A stretch of DNA of 64,000 nt. It comes from Ktedonobacterales bacterium. Lineage in GTDB: Bacteria; Chloroflexota; Ktedonobacteria; Ktedonobacterales; JADMIN01. Under the pieces are notes generated by a model, which saw only the letters and a program-made list of their open reading frames with translations, did not search any database and had not been told where the DNA came from. Positions 29,000-38,545 of this stretch are shown here, piece by piece. The stretch lies in NCBI GenBank assembly GCA_036557205.1, contig DATBIB010000125.1:132468-196467 (forward strand), given 5' to 3'. Positions within the stretch are counted from its first letter, which is position 1. Every line of letters begins with the position of its first letter. The position numbers and the translations under genes are program-made.

Positions 29000-30142
29000 A
29001 TGGAACACGATCAGGATGAAGAGGAGTCACAGCGCGAGTCCCACATGCGCACCCACCTGTTCAACAAGCAGGTGGTCACCATCGGTGGCGGAACAGGCCC
29101 GTTCGCAGTGCTCTCCAGCCTCAAACGCTACCAGTGCGGGATTACCGCTATCGTCACCATGTCGGATAGTGGCGGCAGCTCCCGGCGACTGATGGACGAG
29201 TTCGGGCAGCTCCCGTTCGGCGATCTGCGCCAGGCGCTCGTCGCGCTCTCGCGGAATGGCGCGCTCTGGCGCGATGTCTTCACCTTCCGATTTCAGCCCG
29301 GCCATGGCAATTCCAAGGCGGGAGAGCGCCCACCCGAGCCGGAGGGCTATCCGGGGACGCTACGCAGCGCCGAGGACGACGCGGGCAAGCTGCAGCGTGT
29401 GGCGGAGGCCGCGGGAGTAACAGGCCACAGCCTCGGCAACCTGATCATCTCGGCGCTACAGGAGATCAATGGGGGCAACCTGCTCTGGGCCATCCGCGAT
29501 GCGCAACGCCTGCTGGGAACCGCTGGCGATGTGCTGCCAGTCACGCTCGATCATGCGACACTCTGCGCGGACCTGGAGGACAACACAACGCTCTGTGGCG
29601 AGACGGATATCGATACACGCGGCGAAAAAGTCTCCGGCGACCTTCCGGCAATCAGACGCGTCTATCTGCAAGAGCCTGCCGAGGCATGTGAAGATGCGAT
29701 TCACGTCATCCGCCGGGCGGATATGATCGTGCTTGGCCCGGGCGATCTCTATACCAGCATCGTGCCGAATCTGCTGGTGAACGGCGTTGCCGAAGCGATT
29801 CGCGCAGCGGAGGCAGAGGTGGTCTATGTCTGCAATCTCATGACGAAACACGGCGAGACCGATGGCTTCCGCGCCTCCGATTTTGTGCGTGAGATACAGA
29901 ACTACCTCGACCGGCGACTCGACCGGGTGATTCTGCACGACGGCTCGTTCCCCGATGATCTGCTGGCCGCCTACGCCGCCAAGCAGCAGTTCCCAGTCGA
30001 AGCCGATATCTCAGAGGTGCGCAAGCTGGTGCCGGAGGTGATCGTGGAGCCGGTGATGGCCGTGCACAGCGAATCGCTGGTACGCCACGATGCCCGTCGG
30101 CTGGTGCGCGCGATCTTCGCGCCTCCCTCAATGGCATTTTGA
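29000..30142 (+). CDS. YvcK/CofD-like (UPF0052, gluconeogenesis factor) family protein
   Basis: VVTIGGGTGPFAVLSSLKRY...ITAIVTMSDSGGSSRRL...FGDLRQAL...GHSLGNLII are YvcK-family signatures. ATG 29000 is preceded by GGAGAGG. Confidence 0.85.
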   Translation: MEHDQDEEESQRESHMRTHLFNKQVVTIGGGTGPFAVLSSLKRYQCGITAIVTMSDSGGSSRRLMDEFGQLPFGDLRQALVALSRNGALWRDVFTFRFQPGHGNSKAGERPPEPEGYPGTLRSAEDDAGKLQRVAEAAGVTGHSLGNLIISALQEINGGNLLWAIRDAQRLLGTAGDVLPVTLDHATLCADLEDNTTLCGETDIDTRGEKVSGDLPAIRRVYLQEPAEACEDAIHVIRRADMIVLGPGDLYTSIVPNLLVNGVAEAIRAAEAEVVYVCNLMTKHGETDGFRASDFVREIQNYLDRRLDRVILHDGSFPDDLLAAYAAKQQFPVEADISEVRKLVPEVIVEPVMAVHSESLVRHDARRLVRAIFAPPSMAF

Positions 30143-30145
30143 CTT

Positions 30146-30183
30146 CACCCCTGGCCCCTCTCCCACCGGGAGAGGGGTGGCCT
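30146..30183. repeat. short G-rich hairpin (CCCCTCTCCC-ACC-GGGAGAGGGG) between convergent genes; possible bidirectional terminator
   Basis: A perfect 10-bp stem at 30155-30164 / 30068-30077-equivalent (30168-30177). It starts 3 nt after the stop at 30142 and ends about 25 nt before the serA stop at 30208. There is no U-tract. Confidence 0.7.
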
Positions 30184-30207
30184 GCTTACGAGTGTGGGAT
30201 TTACAAG

Positions 30208-31926
30208 CTACAGCACGACGCTGGTGATGGCAAAGATGCCGTCGGCCTCGTCGATCCGCTCTAGCGCATCATCGGGCACAGGGCCATCCAGCGCGAGAAT
30301 CATCAGCGCCTCGCCGCCCGCCTGGCGCATGCGCCCACCGGCCATGCTGGCCACCGGACCAACGTCCATGTGAGAGATGTTGACGCCCGCCTCGCCCAGT
30401 ATCGTCCCCACGCGGCCAACCATGCCAGGGCGGTCGAGATTGCGCGCGATGAGGATATGCCCGCTGGGCACAAAATCGGTTGCGTAGCGGTCCACCCGCA
30501 CCACGCGCTCCTCACCCCAGGTAATCGTTGCCGAGAGCACGCTGGAGGGCGCCTCGGGACCATCCGCCGCCACACGAATCGTTACAAGATTCGAGTATTG
30601 CTCCGCCGCCGTCGAGCGGCTTTCGACGATTTCTAGCCCCCAGTCGCGCGCCACAACCGGCGCGTTGACCAGATTGACATGGGCCTCAGATACCGATTCG
30701 AGCAGCCCCTTCACCAGCGCGGCGGAGAGCGGGCGAGTATCATAACTGGCAATCTCACCGCTGATGCTCAGCTCGGCGCGCCGCAGTGGGCCAGGATGTA
30801 GCTGCGTATAGAGTCGACCAAGCTTTTCGACCAGCTTCACCCACGGCTGCAACTGCCGCATCGTCTCGGGCAGAATCATCGGCGCGTTGACGGCGGCACG
30901 CGCGGCGCCGCCCCGCAAAATCTCCTCGACCTGCTCCACCACATCCACGGCAACGCTGATCTGCGCCTCCTCGGTGGACGCTCCCAGATGCGGCGTGGCG
31001 ACCACCTGCGGATGCTCGATCAGCGCACGGAGTGTCGCGTTTTCTCCGGGCGGCTCTTTGCTATAGACATCCAGCGCGGCGCCAGCCAGCGCGCCCGCTT
31101 CCAGCGCCGCCAGCAACGCCTCTTCATCGACAATACCCCCGCGCGCGCAGTTGATGATGCGCGCCGCCGGCTTCATCAGCGCCAGCTCGGCGGAGCCAAT
31201 CAGACCGCGTGTGCCGCCGGTCAGCGCCGTATGGATGGTCACGAAATCAGCCTGGGCCAGTAGCTCTTCGAGCGCTACCAACTCGGCGTTCAGCTTGCGT
31301 GCTGTCTCTGGCGAGGCATACGGATCAGACGCGAGCAGGCGCATCCCCAGGCCACTCTCGCCTGAGCGCCGCGCCACCTCCGCGCCAACCTTGCCCAGCC
31401 CGACGATGCCCAGCGTCTTGCCGCGCACCTCCGTGCCAACGAAACGCGAGCGCTCCCAGCGGCCCTCGCGCAAGGACGCGCTGGCGGCGGGGATGTGCCG
31501 GGCAAGCGCGAGCAGCAGGGCAACGGTGTGCTCGGCGGCGGCGGCGATATTGCCAGTGGGCGAGTTGATGACAATGATGCCGCGGCGAGTGGCCGCATCC
31601 ACGTCGATGTTATCGACGCCAACCCCCGCGCGCGCAATGACACGCAGTCGCGCGCCCGCCGCAATCACCTCGGCGGTGACACGTGTCTCACTGCGAACCA
31701 CCAGCGCGTCGTATGCGGGGATCGCCGCGGCCAGCTCGGTAGCGCTCAATCCATGCCGCTCGTCCACATCGGCAAAGCCGCGTAACAGCGTCATCCCTTC
31801 GCTGGCAATCGGGTCGGCAACCAGAATATGAGGGCGTTCTGTTTCCATATCTGACACGGTATCTACAGCAGTATCGGCGGCGATAGCGGCAACAGGTGAA
31901 ATCTTATCCTGTGGTTCAGCAGTCAC
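30208..31926 (-). CDS. serA: D-3-phosphoglycerate dehydrogenase (with ASB/ACT C-terminal regulatory region)
   Basis: GIVGLGKVGAEVARR, CARGGIVDE and ATPHLGASTEEAQ, plus the C-terminal ACT-like segment ILIARNLDRPGMVGRVGTILGEAGVNISHM. The start may be the internal Met at 31848. Confidence 0.93.
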   Translation of the reverse strand: MTAEPQDKISPVAAIAADTAVDTVSDMETERPHILVADPIASEGMTLLRGFADVDERHGLSATELAAAIPAYDALVVRSETRVTAEVIAAGARLRVIARAGVGVDNIDVDAATRRGIIVINSPTGNIAAAAEHTVALLLALARHIPAASASLREGRWERSRFVGTEVRGKTLGIVGLGKVGAEVARRSGESGLGMRLLASDPYASPETARKLNAELVALEELLAQADFVTIHTALTGGTRGLIGSAELALMKPAARIINCARGGIVDEEALLAALEAGALAGAALDVYSKEPPGENATLRALIEHPQVVATPHLGASTEEAQISVAVDVVEQVEEILRGGAARAAVNAPMILPETMRQLQPWVKLVEKLGRLYTQLHPGPLRRAELSISGEIASYDTRPLSAALVKGLLESVSEAHVNLVNAPVVARDWGLEIVESRSTAAEQYSNLVTIRVAADGPEAPSSVLSATITWGEERVVRVDRYATDFVPSGHILIARNLDRPGMVGRVGTILGEAGVNISHMDVGPVASMAGGRMRQAGGEALMILALDGPVPDDALERIDEADGIFAITSVVL

Positions 31927-32037
31927 GAGGCTCTCTCCTCAGCATAACAGCGTCCTCAAACATAACGCGCCGTCGCCCGATGAGGACGGCGGCAACGAAA
32001 TGGAAACGATACGATTGCCGTCCTTGCAGCATGCGCA

Positions 32038-33156
32038 CTAGGCGCCCGCCGCGCCCGTCGGCACGCGATGGCCGAGCGCGGTCAACTGCCGCTCCAACGC
32101 ATCCATGCACGCAGTCAGATCGGCCTCGTTGAAGTAGCCAAGATGGCCGATGCGAATGATCCTGCCTTCCAGATGTTCCTGTCCACCAGCGATAACGACA
32201 CCTTCTTCTTCGCGCATCGCCTTCGTTAGCGCCTTGCCATCTACTCCTTCAGGCACATCAATCGCGGTAACCGTATTGGAGGCGAAGGCGGGGTCGGCAA
32301 AGAGATGCAGCCCCATCGCACGGGCCCGCTCGCGTACCAGGGCGCCGCCAGCAGCGTGCCGCGCGAAGATCGCCTCGCGTCCCTCCGCGCGCATCATTGG
32401 CAGCGAGACATCCAGCCCGAAGTAGATGCTGACGGGCGGCGTATAGGGGGTCTGTCCCTTCTCCAGCGATTTGCGCGCCGCACGGAAATCCCAATAGGCG
32501 CGTGGGAGCGTTGCGCGCTCGGTGGCGGCCCATGCGCGCTGGCTGACGCCAATCATGGCCAGCCCAGGCGGAACCATCCAGCCCTTTTGCGAACCGGTGA
32601 AGACGACATCGAGATCCCATTCGTCCATGCGAAGCTCAACACAACCGAGCGAGCTGACCGCATCCACCAGGATGAGGGCGTCAGGCTGCTGCTGCCGGAT
32701 CACGCGGGCCAGCGCCTGAACGTCATTGGTGATACCCGTCGAGGTCTCGTTATGTGTCAACAGCACGCCGCGCGCGTTTGGGATCGCCGCCAGCGCCTGC
32801 GCCACGGCCTCAGGGTCGGCGGCATGCCCCCACTCCACCGCGTGTCGGGTGACCTTCAAGCCAAACGTCTCCGCGATTTTGGCGAGGCGATTGCCAAACG
32901 CGCCGCAGGTGACCGAAAGCACCGCGTCACCAGGTGAGAAGCTGTTGACGATTGCGGCTTCCATCGCGCCTGACCCGGAGGAGGGAAAACCGAGCACGAG
33001 CTGGCTTGTTTGAAAGAAGTGCTGAAGCCCCTCGCTGACCCGCGCAATGATGGCGGCAAACTCTGGGCCGCGGTGGTTGATCATGGGCCGCGCCATCGCT
33101 TCGGCGACAGCGGGCGGAATCGGCGTCGGACCGGGGATGCGCAGATTCTGTTGCAT
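32038..33156 (-). CDS. class V aminotransferase (serine-glyoxylate / phosphoserine aminotransferase-like), probably co-transcribed with serA
   Basis: MQQNLRIPGPTPIPPAVAEAM, LLTHNETSTG and VFTGSQKGWMVPPGL (PLP lysine) are present. ATG 33156 was chosen; the longest ORF opens at 33222. Confidence 0.88.
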   Translation of the reverse strand: MQQNLRIPGPTPIPPAVAEAMARPMINHRGPEFAAIIARVSEGLQHFFQTSQLVLGFPSSGSGAMEAAIVNSFSPGDAVLSVTCGAFGNRLAKIAETFGLKVTRHAVEWGHAADPEAVAQALAAIPNARGVLLTHNETSTGITNDVQALARVIRQQQPDALILVDAVSSLGCVELRMDEWDLDVVFTGSQKGWMVPPGLAMIGVSQRAWAATERATLPRAYWDFRAARKSLEKGQTPYTPPVSIYFGLDVSLPMMRAEGREAIFARHAAGGALVRERARAMGLHLFADPAFASNTVTAIDVPEGVDGKALTKAMREEEGVVIAGGQEHLEGRIIRIGHLGYFNEADLTACMDALERQLTALGHRVPTGAAGA

Positions 33157-33562
33157 ACGGGCAAGCCTCTCATCGTCAGAATGGACTCGGACGAACAACT
33201 GGATAATACGGCTCGCAAGCATTGCGTGCCCCTATCCGCGATGCCGCGCTGCATCACAGTGGCGCCAATGAATACGCGCTATATTTAGGATAGCAACGAC
33301 CCTGGAACAGTGTCAATGCAATTAGGAGGGAACAAGCGGGACAGACAGCGCGGGCGGCGCCCTAGTCGCGTGGACGAAACCTCTGCCGCTATTCCGTGTA
33401 TAATGAGTCGTTGAGGCACTCACACTGCCTGGCATGCCGACACGTGGGCGATGCGTCTTCTCGTTTCATGCGACACCGACCTATCGTCAGAATGTCGCGG
33501 AGCGGGTCACATGAGAGCAGTGGGAAAAATCGTGAGCCTCTTCGAGTGGGAGCAGATGCGCC

Positions 33563-34453
33563 ATGAGTGGACATACAAATCGCAACAAACGCAATGGGGG
33601 TAGCCCAAAATCACGCCACGGTCCGCCACGCCAACGCGGACCAGAGAATCGCGCGGGTCAGGCAAAAAACGCCGGTCCGTCAGCTACAGCGCGAACGTCA
33701 CAGGAAAACGAGAAGCTGCCCGACGCGAAGTCCGAGCTGAGATCTGAACAGATGCCTCAGGAGGAAGACACAGCGCCACGAGATACCACCCAGTCTCCGG
33801 CACAGACCATGAATGCGCGGCCCGGCAGTTCGGACGATGCGAATGAGCCAGAGCAGCCGCAGGGTATCAGCGACGTTCCGCCGAACGATGAATCACCAAC
33901 ATCCGTCGAACACTCAGAGAGCGCCCATCCGCGGGGACGTACGCCATTTGCGGCGGCCTCGCGCGGAGGACACGCCTATATCCCGGCCAGCGGTCCACGT
34001 CAGGCAATGAATGGACAAAGCTCGCAGAATGGGCAGAATGGGCACCATCATGGCAGCGGCTTCGCGCCTCAAGAGCGTCGCACCGAACTCACCGGCGGGA
34101 TGAGCGACTATGATGGCGGCGAGAGCGACGGCACGGATGCTATTCCGGCGACCTGGCGTATCGAGCGCGTGAACGGTGGCACGGATGCTACGCCGCGCGA
34201 GCCTTTTCGCCCGGAGTCGCGCGGCGAGGTCGGCTCGCTGATCGATTCGCTTCACGACCTCTTCGTGCAGGATCGTGCCGTGGCAAGCCAGGGGGAGAGC
34301 GCGCGCTGCGGGATATGCTATCTCCACTTCCCCCTCGCCGCGCTGGAATATCGTGAGGCCGAGGGGTTCTACGTTTGCGCTGCATGCAAGCGCGCGTTGG
34401 GGCATAATCCGCTGATGATGATCCGCCGTCAGCAGCCGCCCCATTCCGGGTGA
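33563..34453 (+). CDS. hypothetical protein: long disordered N-terminus and a C-terminal CxxC...CxxC zinc-ribbon-like module
   Basis: 296-aa ORF. The C-terminus reads ARCGICYLHFPLAALEYREAEGFYVCAACKRAL. The remainder is low complexity (S/P/Q/E/N rich). No family recognised. Confidence 0.5.
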   Translation: MSGHTNRNKRNGGSPKSRHGPPRQRGPENRAGQAKNAGPSATARTSQENEKLPDAKSELRSEQMPQEEDTAPRDTTQSPAQTMNARPGSSDDANEPEQPQGISDVPPNDESPTSVEHSESAHPRGRTPFAAASRGGHAYIPASGPRQAMNGQSSQNGQNGHHHGSGFAPQERRTELTGGMSDYDGGESDGTDAIPATWRIERVNGGTDATPREPFRPESRGEVGSLIDSLHDLFVQDRAVASQGESARCGICYLHFPLAALEYREAEGFYVCAACKRALGHNPLMMIRRQQPPHSG

Positions 34454-34760
34454 ATCCAGGCCATAATTCCGGTAGGGCTGTGCGCTAGCGTCCGTCTATG
34501 ATACAATATACTGCTAGTGGCGCACGTTACGTGACGATGCGCTTGACGACCACAACAGGTCACCGCCAACAACAGTCTGGCACGAACCGATGTGGTCATG
34601 AAAACCTGGCGTGCCTGACCGCTTTGTGCGTCCTGGAGACGCGACGGTCGGGCACGTACATTGATGTTCGCAGATGTGTGCAGGTGTACGCGGGAGCGGA
34701 GCGAGATGTCTCGCCTGCGGTGCGGCCATACTGTGCGATGACGAGGATGAGGAGAAGAGT

Positions 34761-34961
34761 GTGGGCGCGCTGCCAAAGAAACGCCAGACCAACTCGCGCC
34801 AGGGCTTCCGGCGCCAGCATCACAAGATCAAGATTCCGCAGTTGAAGATTTGTCCACAGTGCAAACAGGCGCGACTCTCGCACCATGCCTGCCCCAACTG
34901 CGGCACCTATCGTGGCCGACAGGTGATTCCGATACGCGAGCGCCGTGCCGCGGCGGAATAA
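34761..34961 (+). CDS. rpmF: 50S ribosomal protein L32
   Basis: GTG 34761 follows GGAGAAGAG. VGALPKKRQTNSRQGFRRQHHKIKIPQLKICPQCKQARLSHHACPNCGTYRGRQV matches L32 with the CxxC..CxxC knuckle. Confidence 0.9.
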   Translation: MGALPKKRQTNSRQGFRRQHHKIKIPQLKICPQCKQARLSHHACPNCGTYRGRQVIPIRERRAAAE

Positions 34962-35014
34962 GCTAGCAGACGGTCGATAAACACGAACTGACCGAATAAG
35001 CATGGAGGGGGCGA

Positions 35015-36040
35015 GTGAGCCAGCGCATCGCGTTCGTTTTCCCTGGCCAGGGAAGCCAGACGGTTGGGATGGGCGCGGATATCTTTCAGGCGTCTCCTGC
35101 CGCGCGGTCGGTCTACGAGATAGCCAATGATGCACTGGGTTTTCCGCTTTCAACGCTCTGCTTCGAGGGGCCAGAGTCCTCCCTCCGCGAAACCGTGAAT
35201 ACCCAGCCGGCTATCGTCGCCACCAGTCTGGCGCTCCTTGCTGCTCTGCAAGAAGCGGCTGGCGCGGACAAAAGCAACGACCCAGTTCTGCGTGGCCCAA
35301 TTCAACCGGCATTTGTCGCAGGCCATAGCGTTGGCGAGTATAGCGCGGTCGCCGCATCGGGCGCGTTGGGCGTGGCAGATACGCTACGTCTGGTACGCGA
35401 GCGCGGGCGGCTGATGCACGAAGAGGGTCTCCGCTGCCCCAGTGGCATGGCGGCGGTGCTCGGCGTCGATGCTGACGCACTGGTAACCATCTGCGCCGAG
35501 GCAAACGACAGGATGCGGGCCAAACACTCCGCGGACGAGCTAGCTGCGCACCCCGGCGCGGGGCGTGTGGTTGTCGCGAATATAAACGCCCCTGGTCAGA
35601 TCGTGATTTCCGGCGCGTTTCCAGCGCTAGAAGCCGCGATGGAGTTGGCGCGTGCCGCTGGCGCGAAGCGGGTAGTACCGTTGGCAGTGAGCGGCGCGTT
35701 CCACTCGCCGGTGATGGCGCCAGCCGCCGCGGCGCTGGCCACGACCGTTGAGACCACGCCAATCGTCGCGCCTGGAGTGCCGATCCTCGCGAATATTACC
35801 GCTGAGCCGCTAACCACTGAGGCGCAATTGCGCGAAGAACTGGCGCAACAGATTGTCTCTCCGGTACAATGGACGCGAACGGTCGAATATCTCGCCGACC
35901 ATGGTGTGGAGACCTTTGTGGAGATTGGGGTCGGCCAGGTGCTCGCCGGTTTGATCAAGCGCATCGCGAAGGGCGCGACGATTGTGTCAGTTGGCTCCGC
36001 GGCGGATCTGGCGCCCGCCGCGGAGCGACTGCGCGCCTGA
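35015..36040 (+). CDS. fabD: malonyl CoA-acyl carrier protein transacylase
   Basis: IAFVFPGQGSQTVGMG, AGHSVGEYSAV (active-site Ser) and VSGAFHSPVM are FabD signatures. Confidence 0.93.
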   Translation: MSQRIAFVFPGQGSQTVGMGADIFQASPAARSVYEIANDALGFPLSTLCFEGPESSLRETVNTQPAIVATSLALLAALQEAAGADKSNDPVLRGPIQPAFVAGHSVGEYSAVAASGALGVADTLRLVRERGRLMHEEGLRCPSGMAAVLGVDADALVTICAEANDRMRAKHSADELAAHPGAGRVVVANINAPGQIVISGAFPALEAAMELARAAGAKRVVPLAVSGAFHSPVMAPAAAALATTVETTPIVAPGVPILANITAEPLTTEAQLREELAQQIVSPVQWTRTVEYLADHGVETFVEIGVGQVLAGLIKRIAKGATIVSVGSAADLAPAAERLRA

Positions 36041-36079
36041 GTGTCTCGGACGGTGGATACACGGAGAGGGGGCTTTGGC

Positions 36080-36493
36080 ATGACGACAGCGCGGAACGGC
36101 ATGCCTGATGGCGAGGCTGGCACAGAGCCAGTGGAGGCGCCACCCCTGTCAGTCACCGACGATTCGTCGGAGAACCCCGGCTCCGTACGCATTGCCCGCC
36201 GAGTGTTGCGAACAGTCATCGAAGAGGCTGCGCTAAGTGTGCAGGGTGTGGCGCGACTCGCGATGAACGTCAGCCAGTGGCCGCATCTGATTGGCCGCTC
36301 CTTGCCAATTCATGGTGTCGCGCTGGTCATGCGCGACGATGTTCTTGCCATTGATCTCTATCTGATTGCGCAACCAGACGTCAATCTCATCGGGGTTGGC
36401 GTGGCGGTTCAGGAGGCTGTGGGGCTGGCTGTTGACCACATTCTGGGAATGCGGGCCAGCGAGATCAATGTGTATGTCCAGGATGTAGCGTAG
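36080..36493 (+). CDS. Asp23/Gls24 family envelope stress protein
   Basis: VRIARRVLRTVIEEAALSVQGVARL ... VLAIDLYLIAQPDVNLIGVGVAVQEAV is a typical Asp23 domain. ATG 36080 is preceded by GGAGAGGGGG; a GTG at 36041 is an alternative start. Confidence 0.8.
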   Translation: MTTARNGMPDGEAGTEPVEAPPLSVTDDSSENPGSVRIARRVLRTVIEEAALSVQGVARLAMNVSQWPHLIGRSLPIHGVALVMRDDVLAIDLYLIAQPDVNLIGVGVAVQEAVGLAVDHILGMRASEINVYVQDVA

Positions 36494-36497
36494 ACCC

Positions 36498-36953
36498 ATG
36501 CGCACAACACTTCGCCGTCAGGCTCGCATCACGGCGCTACAAACGCTCTATGAGTACGATACCGCCCACCACGACGTGGAGGCTGTGATCCAGCGCCACG
36601 TGGAGGAGCGGCGGCTCTCACCGCGCGTAGCCGAGTATGCAGGCGAATTGGTGCGCGGGGTGCTCGAACATCTCGATGCGATTGATAGTACCATTCAGGA
36701 GGTGGCTCCCGAATGGCCGATTGCGCAGATGGCGCGAATCGACAAGAATGTCCTGAGGCTTGCAATTTACGAGATTCTGTTCAATAATTCTGTGCCAGCA
36801 AAGGCTGCTATCAATGAAGCGGTGGAACTCGCCAAATCGTTTGGCAGCGACACGTCTAGCCGCTTCGTGAATGGCGTGCTGGGCACGATTTTCAACCGTA
36901 CACAGGGATTATCAGGATTGTCGGCATCAGGTGCCGGAAGTGAGGTCAGGTAA
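36498..36953 (+). CDS. nusB: transcription antitermination factor NusB
   Basis: [16 protein letters not shown] ... [23 protein letters not shown] ... [30 protein letters not shown] is a canonical NusB sequence. Confidence 0.92.
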   Translation: MRTTLRRQARITALQTLYEYDTAHHDVEAVIQRHVEERRLSPRVAEYAGELVRGVLEHLDAIDSTIQEVAPEWPIAQMARIDKNVLRLAIYEILFNNSVPAKAAINEAVELAKSFGSDTSSRFVNGVLGTIFNRTQGLSGLSASGAGSEVR

Positions 36954-37204
36954 TGGCGTCAATGTCCAAAGAAGAGATCATGGGGAAGCTCAAGCCCGTG
37001 ATTGCGGAACAGCTCGGCGTAGACGAGAGTGAAGTGACCGATACAGCCTCGTTCACTGAGGATCTCAACGCTGACTCGCTCGATCTGGTCGAGTTGATCA
37101 TGTCACTGGAGGAGCAATTCGGCCTCCAGATCAGCGACGAAGACGCCGAGAAGCTCACCACGGTTGGCGAAGCTGTGGACTACATCTTCGAGCACACCAA
37201 CTAA
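36953..37204 (+). CDS. acpP: acyl carrier protein
   Basis: [37 protein letters not shown] contains the DSLD phosphopantetheine attachment site. The start overlaps the nusB stop (TAATG). Met at 36962 is an alternative start. Confidence 0.95.
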   Translation: MASMSKEEIMGKLKPVIAEQLGVDESEVTDTASFTEDLNADSLDLVELIMSLEEQFGLQISDEDAEKLTTVGEAVDYIFEHTN

Positions 37205-37240
37205 CCACGACCACTCACGGTCGTGCGGCGCAATATGCCT

Positions 37241-37285
37241 GGAGACGTGACGCCATTTGGGTGCGCACGTCTCCATTCCTTTTCC
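37241..37285 (+). terminator. rho-independent terminator candidate after acpP
   Basis: GGAGACGTG (37241-37249), a 16-nt loop, CACGTCTCC (37266-37274), then ATTCCTTTTCC. It is preceded by a second hairpin CACGACC-ACTCAC-GGTCGTG (37206-37225). Confidence 0.55.
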
Positions 37286-37391
37286 GGAACCTCGCCAATC
37301 TTCCCCTGCCTCCTCAACACTCACATTTTTCCCAAGCGCATTGGGAAATCTTCCCACTCGACTTGGGGCGCGCGCCTCATCTCAATGGGAA

Positions 37392-37498
37392 ACCGCTCAG
37401 AGTATCCTCAGACCAGATGTGATAGACCGCAGGGCATGCACGCGGCAAAGTCCATCAGGGAGAAGATTGTGAAGACACTCTGAGCGGTTGCCGCTCAG
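37392..37498 (+). promoter_or_regulatory. candidate cis-regulatory RNA: one segment can pair with either of two direct repeats just upstream of the CPBP gene RBS
   Basis: Segment A is ACCGCTCAGAG (37392-37402). Segment B is CTCTGAGCGGT (37478-37488), a perfect 11-bp complement of A. Segment C is CCGCTCAG (37491-37498), which forms a perfect 8-bp hairpin with B (loop TTG). GGAGG lies at 37501-37505 and the ATG at 37514. Confidence 0.4.
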
Positions 37499-37513
37499 CA
37501 GGAGGCGCCCATC

Positions 37514-38464
37514 ATGACTACCGTCCATCCCCCGCTATCGGGAAATATGGCGGCGTCCGCATCTGGCTCGACGCTCAAACGGTGGATCGCTCGCCATCCA
37601 GTATTGTCGTATCTCATCGTGGCCTATGTCGTAACCTGGACTATTTTCGCTATCCCGCTCCTCTCCCGGTCAGGGATTGGAGTTCTGGGGTTTGATGCGC
37701 CACCCATTGAGGTGTTCATCCTGGCAGCCGCAGTCTTTGGGCTAGCAGGATCAGCCTTTCTGATAACGGCTATTGTGGATGGGCGTTCGGGTGCGCACGC
37801 GCTAGCCAGCCGCTACATCCGCGTGCGCGTCGGCATCCAGTGGTATCTGTTCGCGATCTTCGGGCTGTTAGCCACAGCACTTCTCGGCGCCATGGTCGTC
37901 TACGGCTTTGCGCCACTCGTTGCTCTCGCACACCATGGAGAACTGCTCATCGCCTATCTGATGCAGGTCGTGCTCGTGACCGCGCTCGTGAACCTGTGGG
38001 AGGAGACCGGATGGACTGGATTCATGTTCACTCGCCTCCAGCCGCGGTACGGCGCGCTGGTGGCCAGCCTGCTGGTTGCGCCAGCCTTCGGCGGGATCCA
38101 TCTGCCACTGCTCTTCGTCAACGACGCGCTGACCTCGGGCAGACTGTCACCACAGGAAATGCCGCTGTTCGTGCTCTACCTTTTGGTGCTGTTTTCAGTG
38201 CCAGTAAGAATCATCGCCTCTTGGCTTTATAACAACGCCAGAGGCAGCCTGCTGCTCGTCGGGTTGTTCCATGGCGCGCTGGGGGCGACTGCGGGCGGCG
38301 TGGTGCTGCCATATCTCGTGCCGAAGAGCGCAAATCTGACGTTAGAAGTCTACGGCGCATTTGCGGTTCTGGCAGTGATACTTGTCGTCGCCACACGCGG
38401 TCGCCTTTCGTACAAGGCGAATTCACCAGACCTGCAGCCATCCCCTCACGGACAGGAACGATAG
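37514..38464 (+). CDS. CPBP family intramembrane glutamic endopeptidase (CAAX protease/Abi-like)
   Basis: Polytopic membrane protein with NLWEETGWTGFMF (EE..R-type motif 1 region) and later FGGIH / LFHGALG motifs typical of the CPBP family. Confidence 0.75.
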   Translation: MTTVHPPLSGNMAASASGSTLKRWIARHPVLSYLIVAYVVTWTIFAIPLLSRSGIGVLGFDAPPIEVFILAAAVFGLAGSAFLITAIVDGRSGAHALASRYIRVRVGIQWYLFAIFGLLATALLGAMVVYGFAPLVALAHHGELLIAYLMQVVLVTALVNLWEETGWTGFMFTRLQPRYGALVASLLVAPAFGGIHLPLLFVNDALTSGRLSPQEMPLFVLYLLVLFSVPVRIIASWLYNNARGSLLLVGLFHGALGATAGGVVLPYLVPKSANLTLEVYGAFAVLAVILVVATRGRLSYKANSPDLQPSPHGQER

Positions 38465-38545
38465 AGTACAATGGGTGGCGGAAGCCGCTGTGGTGTACCG
38501 CAACACAGGGAGTCCGTCACCCAGCTACAAGTCAGGAGCGCGGCA

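Noticed and set aside
34498-34845. ORFs 34498..34845 (+), 34429..34776 (-) and the N-terminal extension of the rpmF frame (34674..34760), considered as a possible YceD/DUF177 remnant
   Set aside because: The peptides have no DUF177-like acidic or Cys-motif pattern, overlap each other in a low-GC promoter-like region, and lack RBSs. The rpmF start at GTG 34761 with its own RBS explains the frame.
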